Below, in pieces: positions 30,284 through 44,275 of a stretch of 64,000 bases of DNA (positions are counted from its first letter, which is position 1; each line of letters starts with the position of its first letter). Both the position numbers and the translations under genes were made by a program. The stretch is taken from the NCBI GenBank assembly GCA_964016885.1, contig OZ024743.1:301940001-302004000 (forward strand). Reading direction: 5' to 3'. The notes under the pieces are model-generated. The model worked only from the letters and a program-made list of their open reading frames with translations, searched no databases and was not told where the DNA came from. This DNA comes from Eledone cirrhosa. Lineage: Eukaryota.

Positions 30284-33200
30284 GAGAGAAAGAGAGAGCG
30301 CGAGAGGGGGGAGACAATAAACTGTCCATCACTCTATAATATATATAATATATTAATATATCTCAAAGCTTTCTGGTCAAGTGTACAAGGGTCTAATATA
30401 ATTATGAATGGGTATATGATAAGAGTATTACTGGACGGTTCACTAACCTCTAAACTAAATGACCGACGTCGAAATATATTCACTTAATAATTTAACGATT
30501 TTTCATCATACTCACCTTAAAATATTGCTTGGGTAGTCGATCTACTCAAACATTAACACGAAGATAATAGAGAAACCCAATAACACGAAATAAATCTTAT
30601 TAGTTGAATATTATCTATTTTGATTTCTTTCTTTTTCTAAGTAAATTGACTTCCGAAACTGATAAGAATTTAGCAGTGACCAACGAATTCAGATATTTAA
30701 TCTATAAGTTCTGCTTATATAATATAAATATAACTACTGCTCTAGTCAAAATATTTTTTTACAAAACCGGTGGAAATGTACACACTAGTAAAGAAGCAAA
30801 TCAAACGTTCTACACCACATTTACTACCTTCTCATGTAGTGCGGCTGGCAGTCAATATACCTCTAGGCTTTTGTTGTGGAATATATCTATGAGTTGATAA
30901 TTCCCATGTCAATAATTTATCTTCAGAAACGTAAAATTGAATATATATGTATATATGTGTGTATGTCTATGTTTGTGTGTGTGTGGGGGGGGGGGGCGTA
31001 TATATATGTGTGTGGGTGTGCATGTGTGTGTGTGTGTATGTGTGTGTGTGGGTGTGGGTGTGTGTGTGTGTGTGCGCAAGAGAGTGAGAGAGAAAGAGGT
31101 AGAGAGAAAACGAGGGATAGTGAAAATGGAAAGGGATATATAATTTAAATTGAACAAATTATATATTATATGCTGGATAAATATAGTTCATGTTATATAT
31201 CTAAATCAATCACTATTGTTTATATCTGAAATCCATGCTACTATTGATAAATTTGCGTGAACATTTTGCTAGAATTACCATAAACAATTGTACTGTTCAA
31301 GTTCGACTTTATGTAACATCCAAATCAAAGTATTCCTAACTGAAGTAACGAATAAAACATATATCTTTTTTCAGACAAGATTATCAAGTATGTATCCTCT
31401 AATCTTAATTGACTGAGTATTATTATTTGACTAATATCAGATAATCTATTCTAGAGCTACATTCCTGATATATACGGCATTATTTTCTATCAGACGAATT
31501 CGGAGGAAATTGTGTTAAATATCTGTATATAGAAATTTGAAATTATAATAAATTCCTTAATAATATACTGGAAAAAAGTATATAGATATTTTTTTATATT
31601 ACATTACACTTTTATAAAAATATAACGATGACAAGTATATCTAAACTATTTCAGTATCTTTAGATGGTATCTAACCAATTTATGGCCAAGGACTTTCAGA
31701 GAACATGTTTAAGGCAGTAGTAAACTGAAGATGTCTTCCAATTTTGTTTGTATTACAATCTCATTCAACATATATCATTGTTTCATCACAACTAAGGGTC
31801 CCATTGAAGATTAATCCTTAAATAAATCTTACAATCGTTATGTTCAGCTCTCTTACATCTCTTTTCATGAAGAAATTTCTTTCAAATATCAACTTAAGTT
31901 ACTTGAAACTGAACATTACCTTCATGAATTCAAGCTATACGGTAAAATTTATAATGATACGACAATGCTTTTGTTTAACAGCAGAATATATTATATTAGC
32001 AACCGTATTCAGAATCAGTTGAAAATGGTCTACACCTTCATTGATTGTGAAGAAGCTATTTGTGAATCGCATATCATAGAATTGATTGTAAACCATTTGA
32101 ATTTAAGACATATTTGAATACTTATAATATTGAGAAAGTATAATATTTCTTTGATAAACAAAAATTAAATAAATGCAAACCTCCGACAGACATTTCCTGA
32201 GATTGCCACAAAGAAAGCTAGAAACAGATTTGAATTATCAAGAAGGCAATAAAACAATTATTCTGAAAATTTGAAATCATTTAGTTCTCCAGCGTCTACT
32301 TCCCATGTGATTAAATACAATCTATCGTGGTAATTGAAAATACGTTGTACCATACATAGGGAAACATCGAATTTGTATTATAAACTTCATGGTGAAATGA
32401 AAGATTAAAAAATAAACTTTCGCTTATTATTGAGTTAAGACACATCCTATTAAACTCAGTATAGGCCGAAGTTTAAAAATTCATACTCTAAGAGTCGCAA
32501 GGATTATTGACGCCACAATGGCTGATAACAATTTTTACGTTTCTGTTAACCGAAGAAATCATTTTTGGTAACTGAAACATGTAATGCTGTTTGGTCTTTT
32601 CTACACAATGACACAAGAATATATATTTATTTTATTTTAACATAGATAACTCAAAATGTGAAAACTCAAGTCATATATATTTCAACCTTATGTTAAATAT
32701 TATTGTGTACGTAGTGTTGGGCTGATATGTGAATTGATCATTGATTGAAATATTGGGCATGGCAATTATTGGAACTATCCAGGTATTTCTTACAACCTTC
32801 AATGACAAAAACATAATCTACTTAACATGTGTACTGTATTACTGTTTATTTGTCCTGTCTATGTCTATTCTTAAATAACCACAATATAATAGTGTACGTT
32901 TGTGGAAGTCTATATAGGGTGGAATTGCTCCGTTTACCTTACATTTTAGTTTACGTTGGCATTATATATTTACAATTCGGACTCCTCACAAATTATTTTG
33001 AGAAGAAACACAGAAGGCTTTCCATAGCCCAACTATTAGTTGATGATATCACAATACTATATCAAATAACAAAATACGAAAATAATTAATTCTCAGATTT
33101 GGTTTTGACAAGTACATATGAAACATAAACCCGGAAGGATAAATGACTACAGGTTTCACAACATCTATTTCGATATTAACAGCACACAAATCAGAATCGG

Positions 33201-33589
33201 TTGCTTCTAATATATATCACATAAGTTTAACATCAATATGAGTTTTGTATTCAAAATTCAAACCCATTCGTTAAGGTTTTGATATCTTAATTAGTATAGG
33301 AAAGTGATTTCCAAACTAGTATATCAGTATGAAACAGATAGTTAAGAAAATATTAAACACGAACACACTCAGGTTTTGAATATAACACATTTGAAAGAAA
33401 CGCATTCACTTATATATATATATATACACAGTTCAAGAGTAACCAATCTTAAAGACAGAGATGGAGATAGGAGAGGAGAGGAGAGATTGGTGAATTGGTT
33501 AGAAGCCAAAGCGTAAAGGCATTGCTCAATGTGCAATATGCTGTGGAAGGCAACTAGATGGATGGGTTCATGCGGAGGTTAGGTGCACA

Positions 33590-35486
33590 GAGCTGGAAAT
33601 ATTCATTAGATAAGCAAAATAAAAGCACAACTATCACAAGGAAGGCATTATTAAAAGATTGTCAACATGGTTTTAGTTTAATGTAAGGAATGTAAAGAAT
33701 AATAATGATAATAATAATGTCCGTTTACAATTGTTTCGCTACTCCATATAATGTTTCTGGATCAAATGATTATAGATCATTATTGATCTGGTTATGTAAA
33801 ATTGGAGCAGCTCATCGCAACTTCAAAATGAATAAAGATTAAACTAGAGAAAGAAGGTTACATGAATGTAATGTTCCATATATTGGTATTTCACTATGGT
33901 GTCCTGCGTATATCTATTGTCTGCCATAGGCGAGCAATATTCTTCTGTCGTGGTTGCATTATGTGAGATCTGTCTATGGGTAACAAGATGGCCGCGAAAG
34001 GATATATTTATCTTACTAATTAAAGGGTGGTTTCAGGGGAAGTCACTCCTCGAGACATTAGAAATTGTAGGTAGTTTATTGTTAAGAATTGCTAATGAGG
34101 ATAACTGAGAGACAATGTAAGGGAGGCAACTTATAATTATCTAAATTAGCTGTAACCATTTAACTTGTTAGCTATAAGGAAAAGTGGGGATAGGTGCCTA
34201 TGTTGGGTCAAATATTCTGTTGGCGAAGGAATTAGCCTTTCTAATGTTGAAAGCTAATATTTACCTCCGTTCTATCATTAATCGGTGGAGGTTGTGATAG
34301 AGTTATGTAATAGGCTTCGGTAATACATAGATCACAAGAGTTTCTTCGGCCATTGAACAGTTGGGCTCTAGCCAAGATATCCTATGTTAGTGAGTGTTCA
34401 ATGTTGGTTAATTTAAGGTTTTTAATGAGCCTAGTTAGAGATGTCGAACATCTATTGTTAGGATATCGGAAGGAAAATGAGTGCGCATTATAGCGTACCT
34501 TAAAAGGGGTAGAGGTAGAGCCAATATAGGAGCTGGTATGCGATGCTGTTTTAACTGTGCTCCTATAAACTATATTGGGTGTAAGGCATTGTCCGTTTAG
34601 TGGGCATGCATAAGGGTAACGGCAATTGCAATTACTGCTGCGGTTAGTGATAGTAGGGTTGCTTAAACTACGCGGTTGGTGCGTGCTAGAAGGATTAGAT
34701 GGAGGAGGCATGCAACTAGAGTAAGTATTGGTGTTGTGGCGTAGTGTATTTGAGGATAGTAGTGGTACTGCGTGGTGTGTGTTATACTGTCCTAGTTTAT
34801 GATGGTTACTGAAAGCCATGTGGCTGGCTAAGTTAGGGTTGTGGAGAATGAGATGTTAATGTTGTTTTTATTAAAGAGTTTGTAAATTGTATGGTTGGAG
34901 GGCAAATGTCTAGATAGGATAGAGAAGAAGCATTTAGGGATATTAGTGGCTACGTTAGATGAGAATGGGGGGGGGGTTAAGTCAGGTTATATTTCTAGGC
35001 CTATTCCTTCTAGGGTTTCTAGTGAAGTTGGCAGGGTGATTAACAGGGTAATTATTACCTGGGCGTTTGTTATTTGTCATCCCATTGCTCATTCCTATTC
35101 TAGGGTTGATTTTGAATCTGCTACTTGGAGTGGGAATTATTCCTCTGCTACCATTAAGGTTCCCTGTATAGGTGCTGTAAGTGCTAAGATTCCGGCAAAT
35201 CTGGCTATATGCTAAGGTATTTCTAGTTGGTGAAGTGATGTGTTATGGCATTTAGGTATGTAGTAAATGGACTGTTCATAACCAGATTCAGAAAGAGCCT
35301 GATTATAATATGCCGCATGGTTTACAAATATCTACTCATTTGCGGATAGCATGGAGATCCTATACGGACATTATTGGTATTGTCATTATTATTCTTTACA
35401 TTCCTTACATTAAACTAAAACTATGTTTTACAATTTTTTTATAATGTCTTCCTTGTGAAATTGGTGGTCTTGTTTTGCTTAACTAA

Positions 35487-35490
<4 letters not shown>
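33590..35490 (-). mobile_element. Penelope-like element 3' portion with inverted pLTR piece
   Basis: Minus strand CNCRYPYACPLNGQCLTPNIVY...YIGSTSTPFKVRYNAH; about 33600-33725 is inverted relative to about 35365-35490. Confidence 0.82.
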
Positions 35491-35561
<71 letters not shown>

Positions 35562-35563
<2 letters not shown>

Positions 35564-35700
35564 TCTTTTACTCTTTTACCTGTTCCAGCCATCCGGCTGA
35601 GGGCATGCTGGGGAAACTCCCTTATAAAATCATTGGCCAGTATGTGGCTCGAACCCATGAAATTCACGTTATCAGCACGATCAACCTCATCAACAATGTA
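35562..35700 (-). mobile_element. Octopus-type tRNA-derived SINE (degenerate)
   Basis: ACTCTTTTACTCTTTTAC..TGTTCCAGCCATCCGGCTG..GGCATGCTGG tail, recalled as an octopus SINE 3' end; B-box-like GGTTCGAGCC on the minus strand. Confidence 0.55.
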
Positions 35701-35793
35701 AACATGCTTTACTGTCTTTTTCAGTGTGTGATGGTGCATTCGTGTGTGTGCCTATATCTATACGTTTATTTTCCGGATACTTAGATATATGAT

Positions 35794-35890
<97 letters not shown>

Positions 35891-35912
35891 ATATGTATAC
35901 ATATATATATAC

Positions 35913-36038
<126 letters not shown>

Positions 36039-36059
36039 TATATATACATATATATATAA

Positions 36060-36093
<34 letters not shown>

Positions 36094-36152
36094 TTTTCAT
36101 TCTTCAATCTCTTGGATTTGTTATTGCTTGTATGGTATGTAATTAACCTTTA

Positions 36153-36198
36153 TGCTCTGATGAGTCCCACTTATAGTGCGGATGAAACAATGTTAGCA
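36153..36198 (+). ncRNA. Minimal hammerhead ribozyme in a short module between (TA)n arrays
   Basis: tgct-CTGATGA-gtcccac ttata gtgcggat-GAAA-caatg-TT-agca. Confidence 0.78.
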
Positions 36199-36245
36199 AG
36201 TAAAGATATGCATATGCTATAGGCGTTCTTTGTTATTTATTATAT

Positions 36246-36310
<65 letters not shown>

Positions 36311-37292
36311 ATGTCGTGCCAAACTTTTAATGTTAGAGTTACACCTAAACAGTACATCATTCACGCTTGTATTTTGAGTATGAGAATAGTATACAGTGCT
36401 ATATTTGGGAGTAGAGAATATGCCAACCAGAAACGATGTGAAGCGGCTTCAATTTCACTGAAGATAAATTTCAACTATTTACACTGATAATTCAAATATA
36501 TCAATCAGCTAGAATGGCATCATTCTATAAATTTGGTGTAATGAGATGCAACACAAACTACACTGCCACAGTGACTACCAGCCTTGTGAAACGATGACAG
36601 CTTGTAGAGTGGTAGGAAGGTCAGCTGAAAGATCTTTATATCAGTTGGCAAATGGTTGGGTGTTTTGTTGGGCAAGTTCGTTGAAATACTTTTATTATGT
36701 TTTTCATTTTATGTATATCTGCATATGTAAAAATCAGTAACGTTAGAGCTGTGATCAATATCTCAATGTGTACAGGTGTGAGACTATAATATTTCCGTTT
36801 TCTCCTCTAACCTTATAATTCATAACGAGCACTACTAATATATACTGCCACGCTCATATCGTTTATAAACATTTCATATATCAATTCATTTACTAGAATT
36901 CACTTCTTGGAATGACATACTCATTTTTTCTGTTTTCATTTTATTATAACCTACCTTAAAATGTTAAAAAATAGCAATTAATTGAATCAAACCAGTCTGG
37001 TTGGATAATAGTGACAGTCATTATCAATGTCATCTTAACGTAAATTAGTATGCTTGTTTAATGAATGTTAAATTACTTATAATGCCAGATACATCTGAAA
37101 CAATATGGCATATTAACCAAATCCACTTTGGTGAAGTTTAACATTTTCATTTCCTCCTCGTGTTCTAAAATTTAATACATTTATACATTCAAATTGAACA
37201 TATAGCAAAGTACTAAATTTGCTAGAGTTATGAAAGTTTCGAAAGACTAGCATACGTGAATATAGCTTTACTGCAAGTATAATCATATAGCA

Positions 37293-38032
37293 TCTATATA
37301 TCTATATACTACTAAAACTCTGTGATTACTTGCTTGATTGTAATGTAATGCAGCCAAAAGGGCGAATAATGGCAGGAATACGTTGAGAGGAGGTTAATCG
37401 TGATGTGGGAATAAAAATGGAGTAAAATAGGTTTCGCGTCAATCGGTGTACGGGTTCCCGAGATATGGGGTTTTCCGGGTACCTTCATAAAGAGTGAGAG
37501 AGATAGAGAGAGCGAGTGAGATGGAGAGAGAGAGATAAAGAGAAAGAGAGTTTGTGAGAGACTAGATTGAAACAGAGAGAGGGAGAATTGAAGAGAGAGA
37601 GAGACCTGTCCGTGTTGTTATATACGTATATATATATATGTAGGAAAAAGTGTGTCCCCGACGGCAGATCTCAAGCCATTTCGACGGAAGTTTAGTAAAA
37701 TCGAAGCTTCGGATGTAGCCAAGCCAACGAGATACATTCAGGAATTATGCAGCCAAGCACTCCATGAGGAATCTCAGAGTAATAACATTCGTTAGACGAC
37801 ATGAAACATTGAAACCTGTGGCAAGCACGACTTGCCACGACACCGAATCAACGAGAAGTGTGTGTGTGTGTATATACATATACACAAGAATATATATGCG
37901 CCTTCCAGTTTCATTTCACATTATACACATGACTGTGCGTATTTTGATTATTTAAAAATTATTTTGTATTAAACATCATTTTTTAATAATATTTTGAAGT
38001 TAACGTGACACAATGGGTCACGGGATGTCTAG
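37293..38032 (+). mobile_element. Non-autonomous Helitron
   Basis: A|TCTATATATCTATATACTACTAAAA 5' end; 3' hairpin cgtgac-N7-gtcacg then CTAG|T; A/T insertion site with no TSD. Confidence 0.75.
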
Positions 38033-38584
38033 TTACAAATACAATTCTAACATGATTTAACGTAACAATGTAAAGAAAACAGAGCGTGACGGACGTATAC
38101 AACCGCATTCGAATATCTTATGGAAACCGTTAAAGCTTTTGGAAGCGAAAAGATGTAATTACATTTCTAACTCCATATGCTATACTAACTAAAATGCATC
38201 TTTAAAAATAACTTACACTAAAATGTAGGTAGAAGTATACTAATAGCAGTTATCAGGTCTATTATGCCTTAGAAAGTATAGTGTGATCATTCAGACAGGA
38301 GGGTCGTCAGGCTGATGCTTATACAAGTTACAAGTGGTGAAGGATCTGACAAGACAAGACTTTCGAAACGGGAAACCAGTCCATCGCAGGATTAAACCCA
38401 CAGTTATTGCTGAGTTCCACTGTTCAACGTGAAGGGAAGTGATCTTCTGCAGAACACAAGGAACAACGGAGTCCATGAATCGAACCACATGACATTATAA
38501 TTGTAAGTCCAAGACACTTACAAATGGGCCTTGTCAATTTAACAACACTTGTATTATTACCGTATACTAAAGTATCATTAAAAC

Positions 38585-39215
38585 ATGGAACCATACAAGG
38601 GTAGTAAATATATACAGAGTAAAAGAATAAATCACGTCTTTTATATGTATAATTTCAAGCAGTATGTCAAAAATGGCAAAGGACTGGAAGGAGTACTGAA
38701 GGTAGTCAAGGTGTTCAGCGATGATGTGGGGATGGAGTTTGGTTTAGAAAAATGCGCCAAAGCAATATTAAAAAAAGGCAGTATGACTATCGAAAAATGG
38801 CAACAGATGAAGGCAACAAAGACAGTGCACTAAGTGGGAGCACGGGATGTATGTTATCAATAGCAAAGAACCTGATGTAGATTCCCGTGTGAATACTGAC
38901 GGAACAATGAAGGCCAACAGACCTGATATGATCGTGAAGGACCATGAAGACAAAACATGTTTCTTAATTGACATCATCATTCCAACGGATAGTAACATCT
39001 ACTCGAAGGAGTTTGGAAATTGCAGTGAGTATAAACATCTATCCATTGAAATTGAGAAAATGTGGCATCTGAAGGCCTGTATATTACAAGCGATAGTCGG
39101 TGCACTTGAAATGATAAAAAGGGTACTGAAAAATATTTGGACCGGTTATCTGGAAATCCATCGCTGCATGACATAAACAAAATAGTGCTGACTGGTACTA
39201 CCCATGTAATTTAAA
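38585..39215 (+). pseudogene. R4/Dong-like non-LTR retrotransposon fragment (RT and restriction-like endonuclease), internally deleted
   Basis: INHVFYM...VFSDDVGMEFGLEKCAK; ANRPDMIVKDHEDKTCFLIDIIIP...YKHLSIEIEKMW...IVGAL. Confidence 0.8.
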
Positions 39216-39379
39216 AACTTTGTAAGAATATTTGCTGTTGTTTGCGCTTTTGTGGAATCATTTGTGTGACAATTGATTCTAAAATGTATGTATTATCATA
39301 TTTAGCCCATGTCGTCAGGTTGCCAGTCGGCATGATTTGGAGCGAAGGAGAACTGAATGGAAGGTTCAAATCATACTAA

Positions 39380-40315
39380 TAATTGTGTTTACTTTATGCA
39401 CAAGGCTAGCAATTTGAAACGGTGGGGGGAGTCAATTAAAGTGCATTACTGGTGCTTTATTTATCGACCCTGTTAGGATAAAAGGCAAAGCTAATCACGG
39501 CGGGATTTCAACTCAGAAGGTAAAGAGCAAGGAATCAAGTTGTCTGACACTTTACCGATACTGGAATGCCTGCATATTAATAATAATAATAATGATAAGA
39601 GTTTCTTATATATGAACAAGGCCAATAATTTGAAAGGGAGGGGAAAGTCGATTAAATCGACCCAGTACATTAATGGTGTTTTATTTTATCGACCGCGTAA
39701 GAATGGAGGGCAAATCTAACCTCGGTGAGGTTTGAAAACAGATGGTAAAGGGCAATAACACTATACTGCAAAGTATAGTGTCTGCGGCTCTACCGATACC
39801 GCTAATTCACCACCCTTAAACAATAATTGTTTCTACACCAAATTTAGGGGGAAGGAAAACCGATTAAATTTACTCGAGTACATTTCTGGTGCTTTATCTA
39901 TCGCCCTCATAATGATGTTTTCTTATATAGGCACAACACCAGCAATTTTGGAGGAGGAGAAAGTCGATTAAATCGACCCCAGTTCGTCAGGATGAAAGGC
40001 AATGTTAACCACGGTGGGATTTAAACTAAGATCATAAAGGACTGTAACTCTATGTATCGCTCCCATAATGATGAAAGGCAAAGTTTACCCAAGCGGGATT
40101 TGAACGCAAACATAATTGTTTCTACTTTAGGTACAAGGCCAGCAATTTTGGGGAAGGGAAAGTCGATTAAATAAACCCCAGCGCATTACATGTGCTTTAT
40201 TTAATCGATCCCGTAGGGAGAAAAGGTAAACCAAACGTCGGAGAGATTTAAACTCAGAATGTAATGTGCCATAACACTATGTTGCAAACATGGTGTTGAC
40301 TCTCTAACCATACTA
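39380..40315 (-). mobile_element. Head-to-tail stack of about 5 octopus-type tRNA-derived SINE copies or fragments
   Basis: Repeated cacaaggccagcaatt...gtcgattaaatcgaccccagtac...atcgacccc.taggatgaaaggcaaag...ggatttgaactcag; B box GAGTTCAAATCC on the minus strand; same family as 47478-47660. Confidence 0.85.
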
Positions 40316-42015
40316 TTCGATAATTGAGATTTTTAATATTTGACAAAAAGAAAAATAGGCGAAAAATATAATCAGACTGACAGTCCCCCGAAAGAAACCT
40401 TGATTAATCCAGGAGGACTATAGTCAAAATAAATATTAAACTCTCTCCGACATTTAAATAATACTTCAATGTTTATGCTCGGGTCAGCAACGAAGTGCAT
40501 TTCACTACAATATCCATAGAAATATCAACACCATATTTATAAAAGATTTTACGTTTTTCAGAGACATATTTATATTCACACGTTTAAAGAAATCTGAGTG
40601 TCCTGTTGAATTATAAACTATAATAAACTTACTTTGAATGCAAAGAGAAAATATTTTAATAAAGAAAAAGTCGAAACTAAACATCAATAAAATCAAAACT
40701 TATACCCAAACCACACAAACAACATCCAGTCCATTTGAAAGGACATTTCAAGAAAATCTATATTAAATGTCCAGTTAAATGACTAAATGTAAGGCCACGA
40801 AAAGAATTAACTCTTTTTTATATAGAAATTAATTGATTTTAATATGGATAGATGACACATGCCAACTATTTTGACAATTAATTTATTTAGCAAAGTCTTG
40901 TTTTGTTTATGATGCAATCTTTACACTACATTATTTTTAAATAGTACTGTAATTCAAAATGTAGCGAAATGAGTTCACAATTTCCCAAATACAATTTACC
41001 ATGGGATGACATGTACATTATCTTACTGGCTTCTCCAATTTATCGTTTTCTTCTGATCATTCAAATGAAGATTGCAATGTAGTGAATGCAAGCTCTTATA
41101 TTAAAGGGGAAAATGCATTACAGGTGCATCAATATAGAAGCAAACCGTGCAATGATCATGATTCAGCACTTACAATATAACGGTGATTTTGTACAGATCG
41201 CTTATTTATATTTATTTCTCTTCAATTTAACAATTATTCTCATATTAATACAAATTAAAATTTGTAATCACGTGTCAAAGCCATAATGAAATACTTTATT
41301 CTGAAGAATCCCAAATATATTTTATTTTTATAATAGAATATAAAAATAATAAATAAAAGTTGTTCAAACTGAAAAAAAACTCAATTCTGACAATTAATTA
41401 ACATAATTTAAATGTAACTACATATTTCTCTAAAATTGCAATAATGTAGCGAGCAGATATTTTCAATTATGATAGTGTACCGTATTTGAATAGCAGCATT
41501 CAACAAGTTGTAAGCTAATCGAATGAGTTAATATTTATACTTCAATTAAATGAGTTTCCAATAAATTTAAAGTTCGTTCCTAGGTTTCTTCTACTCAGTA
41601 TACGCCCAAATGATTTATAAGGGTACTTATGTCATATCTCTGTTGGGACATACATATAATTGTCGGACACAAATGCATCTGCTGGAAAAATTGATTTTCG
41701 TGTCATCCACGTGTAGAGAGTCATTGTTCCCTCTTAAATCATATATTATATTCTCTGAAATAAAATGTAGTTAGTTACTGTGTTCCAAATGGCATATCTA
41801 CTGGACAATGCCTCGATAAGATCAAGTATAACTGAAATATCCCAACAGATTTTTGTTGGAAAGTACTGGTTTTATTGGTTTTCTCATTTATATTTACTTG
41901 TTTTTTTATTCGACATTAATGAAAATATATAAATATGTACAGATGCACATGCTTGCACATTCTCTCAGTCACACTCACTCACACTCATTAACACTCACTC
42001 AAACACACACATACG

Positions 42016-42055
<40 letters not shown>

Positions 42056-42094
42056 TGCGTGTGTGTGTGTATGTGCAATTATATAAATAAATGA

Positions 42095-42129
<35 letters not shown>

Positions 42130-42149
42130 TACACACACATATATACACT

Positions 42150-42191
<42 letters not shown>

Positions 42192-42195
<4 letters not shown>

Positions 42196-43250
42196 CGAAT
42201 AGGACCCCGACGACTGAGCTCAGGCCGTTTCGACGGCTAATTCTGGACTAAATGAAATTTTTTTATTCTGGTATATGAATAGCCGAGCTTCTCAGGGGTT
42301 AATTCCATATATGGTAACAGTGATTGTCACAAGGATTGGTCAAAAGTTTGTTGTTGAGACACATAATTCTATCATGGCAATTTGTGGAAGGAAGTTGGTA
42401 GCTGAACCTGCCAGTAGAAGAAAGAGGGAGAGGGGGTGGAGGAAACCCAGTTGTGCGTCGATAGTGCCAACTACAGCTGGGTAGGAGGTCAAGGAAGTAT
42501 ACTAGGGAGTAGGAGGGGGGGTCGAAACAATAAGTAAAACAATATGGGGTAAATATATAGAAAAATACCGAGAATGTTAAAAACAATTAAATATAAAAAA
42601 AAACAATTTCTGTTTACTATAACCTAAGGACAGCTATCAAATCTCTAAAAGTGGCTTCTTTGCTTTAATTTCTCGTATATCAGTATTTTTGGGGGGGTTA
42701 TTCTGAATTAATTTTCCGTATCAAAATTTTCCTATACCTCGTACGAGCATTTATGTAGTTTGCATTAGAATGTTTGTATCGTAGCGGCACCCTTAGAGAT
42801 AGTAATAGTATTCTTTTTCGGAATTCTGAATTATTATTTCGTATTAGTTTATTTTTTGCACTGGGTGGTTGCTGGCCTTGTGCCTAGGGTAGATACCATT
42901 ATTTCGTATTAGTCTCGGGACTCTGAATTATTATTTCGTGGTAGTTTCTTTAGTATTTTGGCCCCCCAGTTCTTGACCCGTCATCGTAAGATATACTCGG
43001 TTGATTACTACTACCTCTTAAAAGGGTCTCTTTATAATTCCGTCCCACCTAGTAAACCTTTCTTTAGTCTAGCAGTACCAGTAAGAGACTTGATAGCTGA
43101 CTTGAAGGCTTTCCTTAGTCCAGAATTAGCCATCGAAACGGCCTGAGCTCAGCCGTCGGGTCCTACTCGTTCCTATTACCCACTCTACTACCCTAAGTAT
43201 TGAGTACTTTGGTGCGATATGGTCCACCTGGTTCCTTACCACATTTCCTT

Positions 43251-43253
<3 letters not shown>
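42192..43253. mobile_element. ORF-less element family B with inverted HHR-like termini
   Basis: About 42192-42250 is inverted relative to about 43115-43175; the body matches both arms of 60620-62410. Confidence 0.8.
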
Positions 43254-43292
<39 letters not shown>

Positions 43293-43893
43293 CAAATCTC
43301 GTCACACCTCGAAGAACGTAATGAAAAAAAAATATATATATATATAATAGCAGCAGGTTGGACCGATTCATAAAAGAGGTGCAAATGATGACACGCATGC
43401 TATGCAGAAAAAACGTGAACAATATCTTGGTATGAGGAATGCAATCCATCTGTTTCACAACGGGCTCAATGGCCCGACACTAATAATTCAGTATTTATTC
43501 ATCCATCACATATAATTACACCTATTTCGTTCTGGAAATAAAATAAACAATATCTTATATATCTTTAGTTTAAACATCTCAACGCGTGTGATATGTATCA
43601 ATATAATAAACATAAACCTATTAGACTATATATATATACAACTGTGTTGAGGATTAGGGCACGTTAATGTTCGGGCTGCATTTGAACATCTAATACTAAC
43701 AAATACGCACTGTGCAATAACATATTTGAAGTTATGTACGACTGGTAAACAATTTCTTTTTTTCATTCGGTTTAATATTACCAGGAGAAGTTAAACAAAA
43801 TGTTCCGATGCAATAAGCGTATGTGTCATGAATGTATGTGTAAGTAAATGCACACAGACATGTGCGGACAAACACACATACACATATAAATTC

Positions 43894-43944
<51 letters not shown>

Positions 43945-44142
43945 TATTGGTGCTCTGAAATAGCGAGGAATACATGAATGCATATATAGTATATTCGGCA
44001 GTATACTGTATGTTTAATTAAATACATTTAGATCATTCGCTATGCGTTTTAAAGTAGTGACTATAACACTTAATTATTTTATTCTCGTCAAGAACAATAT
44101 ATATATACAGAATATATACAGAGAAAGAGAGAGTGAGTGTGA

Positions 44143-44275
<133 letters not shown>

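Noticed and set aside
39380-40315. CRISPR-like repeat array
   Set aside because: Units are long diverged SINE copies without unique equal-length spacers; eukaryotic context and no cas genes.
40373-40426. Possible hammerhead remnant (gact..cagtcc / ggactatagtc)
   Set aside because: The CTGANGA core and cleavage triplet are missing.
43357-43429. Plus-strand candidate exon (LDRFIKEVQMMTRMLCRKNVNNIL)
   Set aside because: No polypyrimidine tract, no recognisable homology and no phase-linked neighbours.
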